Shown: positions 43,442 through 54,911 of the stretch, piece by piece
Layout: every line of letters begins with the position of its first letter
How positions within the stretch are numbered: position 1 is the stretch's first letter
Virus record (IMG/VR): IMGVR_UViG_3300045125_000168
Location: 172,431 to 236,430 of that record
Strand: one strand, 5' to 3'
Length of the DNA: 64,000 nt
Position numbers and translations under genes: made by a program
The notes under the pieces: model-generated
The model's database searches: none
What the model was told of the DNA's origin: nothing
What the model saw: the letters and a program-made list of their open reading frames with translations, nothing else

Positions 43442-46400
43442 GCCAGCAAAAAATTATTAAAGCACGGTGTTCCGGTTCGCTTTGGCACTTATGACGCGCC
43501 ACCGCCTAACCCTGAAAATGGGATGATCTATTACGATACATCGTTAGGTTTTTTCAAAGTTTATGAGAATGGGTCATGGCAGTCCCTTTCTTCCAGGAAT
43601 TATGCAAAGTCGATCTTTGCAGGTTTTGATATTAAAGGAACATGCAAGGTTGCCTCGGTTGAAAATATAGATTTAGCAGGTGGAAGTCTTACGTTTAGTC
43701 GTATCTACACAACGCAAAATGGTGGCGGAAGTAACGCGGCTGCTGGTATCGGTTTTAATCGATACGCTTTTTCTGTGCCCTCTGGGCAGACATATTCTAT
43801 TGGTAAATTCAGTGTTTGGATGGCTAAAGTTGACAACCCTGGCCAACCTGATGCCTTTTTGAGAATATATTCTCAATCATCTGGTGGCAGTCTTCTAGGG
43901 ACATCGGCCACAGTTGCAGCTAGTACAATTCCTCTAAACACTCAGCAGTGGTCGTTTATTGATTTTATCTTTCTCAACACCAGTAGTTCTTACATCTGGG
44001 ACGTACTACTTCAGTGTTCAAGACTTTTCTGATCCAAATAATGGAATACCTTACTACGGTGTTCAGTTCTTCTGGAATCCGCCTACGGATTGGAATGCAG
44101 GGCCAAACTATAAAATATGGGGTGCGCAGCCCCCATCAACCATTGACGGATACAATCTATCAAATGGTGATCGAATCCTTTTGAAGGATCAAACTAACGC
44201 CGCGCAAAATGGCATATATGTGTACTCCGCTCAAACTCTGACTCGCTCCGCTGATTTCTCTGATGGTGATATGGTCAATGGTGGTGAATATGTTTTGGTT
44301 TCAAATGGTAGCAACACATTTTAGCAGCGTTTTTATATGTACAAATTCATCTCAAGCTACTATAGGCACAACTCCGATCACATTCACACAGTATACGAGC
44401 CCTGCTCGGTCCCTACAGCAACACTATTCTGTTGGTGGCCAAATTACGACAAGTGGTGGTAGAGATGTAATAGTTGCAGGTACTGAAAAGCTACAGATCG
44501 AAGCCGCAGGTGGTTTGCAGATTACAAACTTCTTATCCGCAGGTCAAACTCTTGTCCCAACGGCGAGTGTCTCTGGAAGTGCAAACGTCGGTGCTGGAAA
44601 ACTTGTTATTGGTTCCGATGGTAATATTTCTAAAATTCGTAACGTAACCTCTATCTTCCCAACTTCTGCCTCGCAAGCAAATTACGCGCTGACAAACAAT
44701 GGTGCAGGAACTCTGAGTTTTGCCAACCTCGCTGCTTTCCAATCTAAACGATGTGACGCTCACGTCTACATCGAGCGGTGACTTTTTACGATATGATAAT
44801 GCAACAGCTAAATGGGCGAATAGGATTCCATTGAAAAAATGCTACCGTTTCTCTGCAAAACGTAGTTAATTACTATAACACAAACGGTACATCAGGTTCT
44901 AACTCATATTATGCTATCAACTCACCATATTCCCCGAACATCTATTCATCAATTGCAGCGCGAATCTGGTATGTCGAAGGATACCTTAAAAGCGTGAAGG
45001 TAACAGTTCGGGTGAATAGTCCTAACTATGATACTGCCGTTTACGCTTATATTACGGAATGGACCGGAACATCGACTAGCGAGCCACCAACGGGGGCTCT
45101 TGCAAAAGTATCAACTACCTGTCCCCATCTACAGACAATGTGGTTGTTGGTTCCGACTATATTAAGACGTTTAATTTTCCAGAAACATATCTCAGTAACA
45201 CGAAAGAATATCTCATAGTCCTCGTCAGTAATTACAACCCCAGTGCATATCAAATCAAGCTCAACGCTCTCGGGGACTTGTATGGCGGTCAAGGTATGTG
45301 GCTTAAAAAGTCAGTCTGGACTAAAGACATCGCAGGTTATCCAGTGATGCAATTAGTCGTGAACTCCGAGCCTTCTGCGGCCATCGATGTAATCCAGACC
45401 ACCGCCTCTGGTTTTTTAGATAAATCGTTTCTCTACAACGTAAATCTCGGAAATAACATTATATCAGGGATTTCATCTACGGCAGTTTCCACGGACCTTG
45501 CGAACAAGGCTTATGTCGATTCTGTCAAATTTCAAGATCTTTACAATCAGGACCCCGATGGCTCTAATGTAACTATTACGACGAATAGTATAGACGGTGC
45601 GCTTGTTATTGAAGGAACTGAGAAACTGCAAGTCACTGCGTCTAGCGGTGTTTATGTTAGTAACGCACTTACGGCTGGATCGTCTTTGAGTGCTGGAAGT
45701 CTGGTGGCAGGCAACGCAAGCATGAGCGTGTCCGCAGCGGGTAATCTCACCAAGATATCTGGGTGTCTTACAGCTTGCCCTCAAGTCAAGCTGCAAGCGA
45801 TAACTACCTAATGGTAAACGATGGCTCTGGGAATCTCAGTTGGGCTAACTTCAATTTCGACCAGATGAGTGACACGATTGTCACTGATGTTTCCGACTTC
45901 CAAGTCCTTCGTTTTGACGGAACTAACTTTGTCAACGTCAACACGGTTCTGAGTGGTGGCGCGAGTCAAATCCTCAGAACTGATGCGTCGGGTCATCTTG
46001 CTAGTGAAGCCTTGCAGTACCCATTGACTTTAGTGGGCAACACCCTGACGGGCGTTGGGATGGCTGTGGGCAGCAGCGACATGGTGTCCAGGGCGTATGC
46101 TGATGCAAACGCGATTGATACAGGGATCAACACAATCAACCTCAACTCGGCTTATCACTACGGTCCAGTTCTGACTACCAATTCCACCGATGGTTTCCTG
46201 GAGATTACGGGTTCGGAATCCCTTGAAAGTGTCTGCGAGCTTCTGCCTCTAGCAGATAGCAGCGACGACACCAAGTTTTCCAAGGTCTTCTACAAACACG
46301 GGATTACCCCTCTCGGCCAATATGACCTCGGCTATTCTGAACGACCTGACGTTCTCAAGCGCCCTCTATCAGGGCCGTGTCATCGAGTATCGCATGAAGG

Positions 46401-46604
46401 ACAATTCTCTGGGCGACTCTCGTGTGGGAACCTTGATGCTTTCTACCGATGGTACAAGCACCTCGATTTCTGAGCACGTTTGCTGAGACCGCACCGATGG
46501 GCGTGACCTGGGCCGCAACGATGGCTGAAAATGACGTCCAGGTGCTCTATACGACCAACTCGTCGTCCAAAATCCTGAGTGCTAAAATCAAGCTTTTTGC
46601 CTAA
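43439..46604 (+). CDS. Fibre-like virion protein, paralog 5 (two variable inserts); many fragments
   Basis: MASKKLLKHGVPVRFG...; inserts about 43670-44130 and 44820-45370; ends LSAKIKLFA*. Confidence 0.75.
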
Positions 46605-46622
46605 GCAAGTGAGCTCTGTGAC

Positions 46623-46656
46623 AGAGGTGACCTACAACGGTAGGCACCTCTTTTTT
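46623..46656 (+). terminator. Intrinsic terminator closing the fibre array
   Basis: AGAGGTG-ACCTAC-AACG-GTAGG-CACCTCT followed by TTTTT. Confidence 0.75.
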
Positions 46657-46728
46657 GAGTGACGTTTTGTAAAGATCGGTCTAAGCTCTAATCCAGACCA
46701 TTCCAAAAAACTTCAAAGAGACTACTCC

Positions 46729-47650
46729 ATGGGCGTTATCGACCTTGAGAATTTTGATAAATTGCCACCTGACATGCAGGAACAGTTTGCCGAACTCTTG
46801 AAGCAACATCCACACCTAGACTCTAAGCTCAAGAGTCCTGCTCATGAACTTAATACTCCAACGAAGCTCGCTGAAGACGACGAGAACGAGATCGACTACA
46901 GCAACATGAGCTTGGACGATATTCCCCAACCCCAGTCCTCTCGCCCCAAAACCCCGACCCTCAGGTTTCAACGGGAGTATGATGAGGAAGCGGAGGCTCA
47001 AAAAGTCGAAGCGGAAACGAAGAAAAGTCAACAGCAAAAGAAAGAAGTGCCTCCTCCTCAACCACCGCATGTGGCGAATTTTTCACCAGTAGGCAAACAG
47101 CACCCCGTCCTGAAAAAGCTCAGGGCGTCCTTGGGGCTGGGAGTCTATCAAAAGTCTTTCGTTGCCGAGGTTGGTGGCCTCAGCTATGAGATGCTGCCAC
47201 TATCACGGGATGCGATGACCCAGCGGTCACCCTTGCCGCAACCAATAGCGTCAATGACACTGAATTTCGGGCCAACCAGGACGTGGCCATTATCGCTTTT
47301 TCGATCCAAAAATAGATCAGGTTCCTCTCGTGGACGTTTTCTCGATTGCCGATCATGAATTTGACCAAAAGGGAACTCCATCCCCTTGACCTCTTGGCAA
47401 CGCAAGAAAAAGCCGCCAACCCTTCTTCTACGAGTTGAAAGATAGCCCTCCAGAGTTGGCCGATGCGCTTATCAACTATTATCAACAAGAGTTTCCACCT
47501 AAAAACCTGTTGGCCGAAAACAAGATTACCGCTTACTGCCCTGAGGCAAACTGCACCTATCAAAGAATCCTGGACGAGGAAGAAGAGGGCTTCTGCCCCT
47601 ATCATGGTACTCAGTTAGCGAAGGAGTCGGATTTACCGAACCCTTTTAGT
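46729..47650 (+). CDS. Putative tail assembly chaperone; frameshifted
   Basis: Acidic/Pro-rich N-terminus, helical core and C-terminal CP...C...CPYHG; located upstream of the tape measure. Confidence 0.45.
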
Positions 47651-47855
47651 AGACCCCCTAAGAGCTTAATTATCATGACCCGGCTCTTGCTCGTCGCCTA
47701 CTCATCATGGCGCACTGGGGTCTAACACCAAAAGAGGTCGGTGATCTGTCTGACGCTGATATAGAGGTGTTGGAATACAGCTTCCTTTGCATGAAAGACG
47801 TCAAGCTGAGACCTAAGCGATATCAATCGGTTCACTCACCGGAACGTCCTGGCCT

Positions 47856-48158
47856 GTGGAGTCTCTTCTGAATGAAGGGAACCCGGATTTACAAAAGCCA
47901 AGATTCACTTGGAGCTTAAGACCTCCCAGGCAAAGAGTCTCAGCACCCCTGACCGTCGTCATGGCGGGAGGTCAACTGATCGCGGATCTGAAGAAGCAAG
48001 CCAGTGCAATCAATCTCAAGAATCGTGAGAATCCTGCAATCCTGTCTCGTCCTGTTGGTGACCTTCTCAAGAAGGGTGAAAAGATTGAAATAGTTGAACT
48101 AGGGATGAAGTCGAAAGAAGAGTTCCTTGGGTTCATTCGCTCTCATAACTTGGGATAA
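47856..48158 (+). CDS. Hypothetical protein
   Basis: 100-aa ORF immediately before the tape measure. Confidence 0.45.
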   Translation: MESLLNEGNPDLQKPRFTWSLRPPRQRVSAPLTVVMAGGQLIADLKKQASAINLKNRENPAILSRPVGDLLKKGEKIEIVELGMKSKEEFLGFIRSHNLG

Positions 48159-48167
48159 CCAGAACCT

Positions 48168-51100
48168 ATGGCTGACGACAATAACAAGACCAAGGAAATA
48201 CTCCAAGAGATTGAACAAAAGACGAAGGAGACGGGCAAAGAGGTTGGCAAGCTCGAATCGAGGATTCGACGCCTTCCCTCGGCCCCCTCACTCGGTTTGC
48301 TAAGGCCATGGGTCTTGCCGCTGACAATTCCAAACGCGCTGCGGGACAACTAGAAACCTTAAATACAACTCTTGCCAAGACAAATGAGCTTGAGAAGGCT
48401 CTTGGTATCAGCTTGCAGACTGGTAGCAAGACTCTTGTTGTCAACACCATCAATCTGGCTAAGTGGAGTGCTCAAGCCAGTCGAGCCCAACAAGAAATGG
48501 ACTCACTAGGCACTGCAATAGATGAAGCTGCTGAAGGTATGAAAAAAATACCTCAGCCATTATCGATGCGGAAAAAGAACTAAAAAGATTGCAGCAAACC
48601 ACAGGTGATACGTCAGAAGAGCAAAAACAGACAAAAATTATCGCCGAAAATAAAGCGGAACTAGATGCGCGTAAGGCTTCGGTTATCAAAAACACCGAGG
48701 CTTTTCAAAAGATGCAAGCGCAGGTCGTTGAAAGTAAGAATAATGCGCTTGCCGATGCTAAAGCTGTTGCTATGCAAGCCGCCGAATACGATGCTTTAAA
48801 GGTGGGACTTAAAGGATTACAGGGTAATCTCAGAAAGATCGCTACGGAAAAATATTTCGATTGGATTAACAAAATTGTTAGCGGCGCTAGTTCTATGGCG
48901 CTCTTTGCCCTAGCTACCGCTAAATTTAATAATGCCATCGCTGAAACAGCCGATTACCTTCAAAGCCACTCGCAGTGTTGGTCTTGGTCTCGGACAAGAC
49001 GTGACCTCAGGTTGGAGTGGTTTCGGTCAAGCCTTTCACGATGCTTCTAATGAGTCCGCAGCCCTAGCCAAAACTTCGGCTGATCTTGGTATGAAATTGG
49101 AAGAGCTATCTGAAGCGGCCAATAAGGTCCGTCTCGGTATTCGTGTAGACCGAGAGGGTAAACTTTCTTCCAAAGCTATAGCGGATTTGACTGTTGAAGC
49201 CGCCAAGTTTTCTAAAGTGGCTGGGATAGATATCGGCACGTCCGTTGAAATGCTTGATAAACGCATGAAGCGGTTCGGTATGAGTGCGCAAGAGGCGACC
49301 ACTGATTTGTCGAATATGCGCATCGTTCTTGGGCAAATGTCTGCGGGAAATAAGGCCAACTCTGTCAGTATCGGTGAGATGGTTGAGATCCTCGAAGAAG
49401 CGAGTGCGGCATCACAAAGCTATGTGGTGGACACCAGGATTATGACTCAGGCCCTGAGAGGGGCCGTCAATCAAGCGCAGCTTCTCGGGGCATCTCAAAA
49501 GAATCCAAAGACATCGCAAAAGCTACCGCAAAGGTATTCGGGTCGGCCCCTGACTGGGTGAGAAGTTCCTGCGGCTCAAAATCTTTTGAGCCAACTTCTT
49601 GGCGCAGATAGTGACAAATTCATCGGCAAGTTCAACAAGGCAACACGCGAAAGGCTCAAGGGTCTTCGCAATGCCGTTCGTGCTGGTGAAGTTGGGCAGG
49701 CATCCGCAGCGCGAGAGCTTTTGCTCTCATCGGTAACTCCGAAGCGGGGATGGACGCCTCAGTTCGATCAAATGAAAAAACTTCTTTTGATGTCGATGAA
49801 TCCACTGGCCGTATCCTTCGTCGAAATAACGAAGCCGCGCTTGTGTCGTTATGAAACAATTTGGCGTCGAAAATGAAGCAGTCGCAGGCATGATGACGAG
49901 GATCGATGCAGGACGCTGCGGAACTTCAGCAGGATATGTTCGACGACGCCTCTAAAACCATGTCCCCACAAGCAGCAAAAGACTTTGCTAAGAAAATGGT
50001 GCCTTTGTCCGCAGGTATTGCCAAGCAAACGGCAACCTTCAATGAGTCCATAAAAGAAGCTCTATCTGATGGTAAAAATGCCATCGACGTTCTTGTCAAA
50101 CAAGGCATGTCAAAAGAAAAAGCCGAAGAATACTTTAAATTCTATCAGCAGAACGCTCAAAAAGCGGAGGAGTATGAAAAGGCTCGACAGGCAATTATAG
50201 ACGATAATTTCAAGAGTGAGTCGGACAAACAAAACGAACTCGCTCTCCTGCGCAAAAGCATTTCAATGAATACACGGCTTACCAACTCAAAATGGTTAAG
50301 CTCGGTACTGATCCTGTTGCTGCTTTACTCGACCGTTTAAATGTTGATGGAGAACAGGTCGAAATCGATGTCGAGCAATTCAAGAAAGCTGGGATTAAAA
50401 ATGCCGATGAGCTTGCAAAGGCTCTTGGCATCACCAATGAGAAGCAAAAAAGGAATTAGCGGAAACTTGGGAAAAAGAGAAAAAGTTTAAAGGAGACCAG
50501 CTTCGGGACTCTTTCAATAAAAGTTCTGCCGAAGCTGAGAGGCAGAAAAAACCTTGAAGACGCTATGAACAAGTTTTCTGGCGGCTTTTTGGCTGGGATG
50601 AAGTCTGCCCTGACCTCATACATCGCAGATATGGAAATTTTTGGCACCAAACTCGGTGGTCCGATGGCAAATGTCGTAACTGCCGTTCTAGCATTAGTGG
50701 GTTCCATTGGTGCATTTTGGATTGGTGGCAAAATATTCCGTAAATATGCCAAAGAGGATATTCGAGAAGCAGTTAAAGATGGCGTTCAACAAGGCATGGG
50801 AAAAGGGCCTGAAGCGGTCCTCCGGGAGGAGATGATACCCCACCAGGAGATGGATCTGACGGAGACGGAAAAGATAAAGGTAAAGGCAAGCGCAAAGGTA
50901 AAAAATATAAGAGAAATAAAGGCCGAGAGTCCGGTGAGAGCAATAAGACGCCAGAATCTGGGACACCTGATTCTGAAAAACCAAGAGACTCCTCCAATAG
51001 ACAAAAAAATCGTCAAACTAATCGACGAGGGCGGAGAAATTTACCTCGCTATCGTCGTCCCAGCTTAGGTAGAGCCGCGAAAGCAGGTGGGGCTGGATCT

Positions 51101-51767
51101 CGCATGATGTCCAGTGTTGCTGGAAAAGTTTTTACGCCAAAAAATATGTCTTTGGTCGGAGGTCTCGGCAAAAAAGCACTGGGCAAGGTTTTTGGTGCTC
51201 GATGGCCCTATACGATCTGTATAGTGAGATGAAGGCCATCGACGAAGATCCCAATCTCTACGCCTCGAACAAAAGTCAGCCGCAAAAAAGAAGCTCATGG
51301 TTTCTAAAGGAGCTTCGGTGGTCGGTGGTGCGATTGGGGCTATGGCTCCCATTCCCGGTGGTTCCATGCTTGGTTCCATGGCTGGCGAGTATCTAGGTGG
51401 AAAACTAGCAGATTCCACTATTACGGCTGATCCTGCGAATATTGCAGAAGCCAAGCCGATGACCACACCCGTTGTCACACCCCCAGCGGGCACGATAACT
51501 GGGACCGATAATGGTATGATCGTTCCGCAACCCTCTTGGGCTGATTCCAAGCAATCGGGCATGGGTGGTGCAAATGTCGGAGCAACACAAATCGCTCAAG
51601 CTCTGCGCACTGGAGGCAATCTGAGTGAACTGGTAGCGCGACCACAAATAGGTGGCGTTGGAACAGATGGCTCGGTTACTCTCAAAATAGAAAATTTCAT
51701 CGGTCTACTCTCTGATGTTAAACAAACTGCCGCAAGGTCTAACCAGCCAAGCCTTTCGGCAACATAA
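48168..51767 (+). CDS. Tail tape measure protein; at least 8 fragments
   Basis: About 3.6 kb of Ala/Lys/Glu-rich coiled coil and Gly/Ala-rich hydrophobic helices (FGTKLGGPMANVVTAVLALVGSIGAF; VGGAIGAMAPIPGGSMLGSMAGEYLGG). Confidence 0.75.
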
Positions 51768-51783
51768 AACGAGGGACATCTTT

Positions 51784-52038
51784 ATGCGAAGCGTTCGCCT
51801 CTCTAAAGCTCTAACCAAAGGTAAAGTTCTCGTTCGCAACACCAGAACAGGCCAAGTCTTGCTCAAATTTCGCAGTTCTGGTGTCACAGACAGGATCATT
51901 CCTCCCTATAACTTAGCGGATGTCAACTCTCGTGGGAGCTTTACAAATCTTTCACAGATCTATTCCCAAGAACAACTCAAGGCGAGCAATCTTGAAGACC
52001 TGATCGTGCGAGGCGATCTGGAAATGTTGGCCGAGTAA
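51784..52038 (+). CDS. Small hypothetical protein, possibly structural
   Basis: VLVRNTRTGQVLL...NLSQIYSQEQLKASNLEDLIVRGDLE. Confidence 0.55.
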   Translation: MRSVRLSKALTKGKVLVRNTRTGQVLLKFRSSGVTDRIIPPYNLADVNSRGSFTNLSQIYSQEQLKASNLEDLIVRGDLEMLAE

Positions 52039-52053
52039 AAGTAGAGGGTCGCC

Positions 52054-52586
52054 GTGGGTGTTTTTCTTACAGGAGCAAAACCTTTAGACCAATTTAAGTG
52101 CGACCTTTGCGGTCAAATTTTCGTGAAGGCCGCAATTCATGAACACCATTTGGTCAAAAGGGCGTCGGGCGGGCAGGATACCTTAGACAACATTGCTCGC
52201 CTTGATGCCTACTGCCATCATGCTTTGCATCAGGTGGAGTCGGCTCTCAAACACCCTAAGAAAGGCATCACGGCATCCGATCTAGCCTCTGGCCTTTATC
52301 CAAATAACCAAATGGCCCAGAGAAAAGTTTTGGAACTCGCAGCCGTTGCTGCGCACTAGGCCGAGACCCAACGGAGAACGTCGCAAGTTCTTATGACACG
52401 GATGATCTCGTGTCTTTGCCCGTGGTCAAAGTGCATCCAAAAATCCGTAAGCAAGTAAAGATTGTGGCTAAAGAACTTAAGAATCCCAAAACAGGACGCG
52501 CCATAGGCGTCAGTGGTTATTTGGAAATGCTTTTACTCTCCGATCTTAAAAAACGTGGCTTTGATATTCGTGTCGAAAAAGATTGA
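52054..52586 (+). CDS. HNH endonuclease-like protein; frameshifted
   Basis: CDLCG...HEHHLVKRASGGQDTLDNIARLDAYCHHALH. Confidence 0.75.
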
Positions 52587-52689
52587 CAACTCGGTTCCTT
52601 TGCCATTACCGCTTTTTTATACCATAAAAAAATTTTGGCGGTTGGGGCAGGGGGCTAGTCTCGGGGTGGACTCTTGTTTACTTTAGACG

Positions 52690-53331
52690 ATGCATTTCAA
52701 ACTCTGGGGAATTAAAGCCTTTTGTTTGTGGTCAAATCCGTCGCAGTTATTCTGCAAGAGTATCGCAAGTATCATAACTTGCGGCACCTGGAAAATATGC
52801 TGCGCTGGGTTCCAGAAGCCAAGGCTGACTTGAAAGACTATGAGCTTCCCATTCTGGTGAACGGGATTCTCTTTCATGACCTCGTATACCTGCCCAAGCC
52901 TGTTGCTCCAGGTTATAATGAGAGTCCTCTCTGCGGTCGAATATGTCGTGCAAGAGTATTGGCTCAAGACACCGTTTGCGGAAGATCAGCTTTATCCCCG
53001 AGTTGGTAGCACGATGTTTGAGGCCCTTGTGATCGAAGGGATCAACGCAACCGCACATCACCGTGTCATGCAGAATCACTTGCAATCAACGTCGCAATGG
53101 CTCTTAGATTTTGACTTGCAATCGTTTGCCCAAGATTGGGATGAATACGAGCAAGATAATATTGCCGTGCAAGAAGAGATGAAAATTATCGGTGTACCTG
53201 ATCGTCAGAAGCAGTTTCTAAAAGATTTAATAAAGAGAAAGAGAATTTATTATAAAATGACCAAATGGGAAGAGAAGGCTCGGGAAAATATTAAAAGACG
53301 CCTTAGTCTTCTAGGTCGGTCAAGACGCTAA
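52690..53331 (+). CDS. HD-superfamily phosphohydrolase (COG4339-like); frameshifted
   Basis: RKYHNLRHL, LFHDLVY, NATAHH, LLDFDL. Confidence 0.75.
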
Positions 53332-53340
53332 GAGAAAATA

Positions 53341-53604
53341 ATGACCCTCGAAGATTTAACCTATGTCGGCTTCAAAGATTTAGACCTTTTAGCAGGCAAA
53401 CCACGAGGGTATTTCGGCCATCCGAAACGCACTGACGAAACGGACGATGCACTTCTGGACGCAGTGAATCAACTGGAATTAAGCGTTGTGGACCTCTCCG
53501 ATTGGGCCTACAGTTTCAAGGCTATAGAGTTCATGGATACCTGGGCAGATTACGAGGTAACTGCTGGAGATTTCATGGAAGCTCTCAAAGGGTTCTCCGC
53601 TTGA
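53341..53604 (+). CDS. Acidic hypothetical protein
   Basis: 87-aa ORF with clean boundaries. Confidence 0.5.
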   Translation: MTLEDLTYVGFKDLDLLAGKPRGYFGHPKRTDETDDALLDAVNQLELSVVDLSDWAYSFKAIEFMDTWADYEVTAGDFMEALKGFSA

Positions 53605-53776
53605 ACCGTTTTGCAAAAAAAGGATGACGTGTTTAGTCCAGAACAACTGAAGAAGGCGTCTGAGTTAGCCGAGGAACTAGAAAAGTCACCTTGGCACGTT
53701 GGAATAAGCCGAGACAAACGGAAAGCCCAAATTTTAGACCCCTGAAGGACAGTCTGTCTTTGGGGGCTCTTGGGTT

Positions 53777-53995
53777 TTGTCTCCGAACGAAGCCGAGAAA
53801 CTCGTGGCGGTTCGAGAGCTATTTCCAAAGGTTTTAGAAACACTCCTAGCCCAAGAACAACAACTGGGTGAGATACTAGAGCTTCTAAGCAATTTAAAGA
53901 ATGTATTTTCTGAATTGCAGAATTATGATGAACTACAAACATGGTCCGAAAAAGGTTTAGAGCTACTTAATGCTATTAAGAAGGCGCGACGATGA
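53777..53995 (+). CDS. Small helical hypothetical protein
   Basis: Leu/Glu-rich ORF; start uncertain. Confidence 0.4.
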   Translation: MSPNEAEKLVAVRELFPKVLETLLAQEQQLGEILELLSNLKNVFSELQNYDELQTWSEKGLELLNAIKKARR

Positions 53996-54232
53996 GTAAG
54001 AAGAAGACCTACATTCTATTACACTACCGATGGAAGTATCGAGAAGACGTCCTTGCTTGATGAGGATATCTACGAGGGATTTGACTCAGGTTCACTCAAA
54101 ATCGTAGATCCAAAAAACTGGACGTTCTTAAACGAAGATTCCGAGTGGAAGAGATACCAGTAAGAGAGGCAATCGAAGAAGAACTCGAAGACGAAACCAT
54201 CGAAGATGATGATGACCTCTAGGACAACAAAC

Positions 54233-54900
54233 ATGGCAAATTCAGCTTAAAAGTTGCGTCAAGCGAGTCAGACTAGATCGGTACGTACATTGCCGATTGC
54301 CGAGCTTATCACCCAGCACGGAGAGTTCTTCAGCACTGTATCAACCTTTGTGAATTTCGCCAAGTGCTAAACTTCTCTGACGCACTTCGACGCCAGAACC
54401 GCAAGATCCGTTTGTCGTGTCAATCCCACCAATCGACTCTGCATCGAAGAATACTCACACTTTATGGTGCAAGACGTCTAGCCGACTATGTAAGCACAGA
54501 GTTTGTTCTCGTCGCGCAAGCCGATGGTTTTATCATGAACCCTTGGGCCTGGACTGATGAGTTTCTATGATTATGACTACATCGGTGCTCCCTGGCACGT
54601 TCATCAACTGCAAACCAGGCGCACGACCCCGTCGCACCTTAGTTGGCAACGGAGGGTTCTCCCTGCGAAGCAAAAGACTGTGCGATTTTCTCCGTGACGA
54701 TCCCGACCATTCAAGGAGACGCATCCTGAAGATGTCGTGATATGTCAAAAGCAAAGATTCTATTTAGAAGAGCATGGCTTCAAGTTTGCTCCAGTCGAAT
54801 TGGCGTACCGTTTTCTTGTGAAAATTATTTGTGGAACGGAGCTTTCGGTCAACACGCCTACTTCTTATTGCACCCATGCCGCTGAAAAAGACCAAACAGG
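54233..54900 (+). CDS. DUF5672-like (glycosyltransferase-like) protein; many fragments
   Basis: [31 protein letters not shown]...[11 protein letters not shown]...PEDVVIC...GFKFAP.ELA.RF, assembled across frames. Confidence 0.7.
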
Positions 54901-54911
54901 AGAACCAGGAT

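Noticed and set aside
28932-46604. Diversity-generating retroelement acting on the LRR or fibre genes
   Set aside because: No reverse transcriptase is seen in the window, and differences between repeat copies are not adenine-specific.
47630-47720. Programmed -1 frameshift in the tail chaperone at C-CCT-TTT
   Set aside because: The heptamer is in phase, but the -1 frame immediately reads TAG TAG. It is more likely the true stop displaced by a missing T, and it cannot be separated from assembly error.
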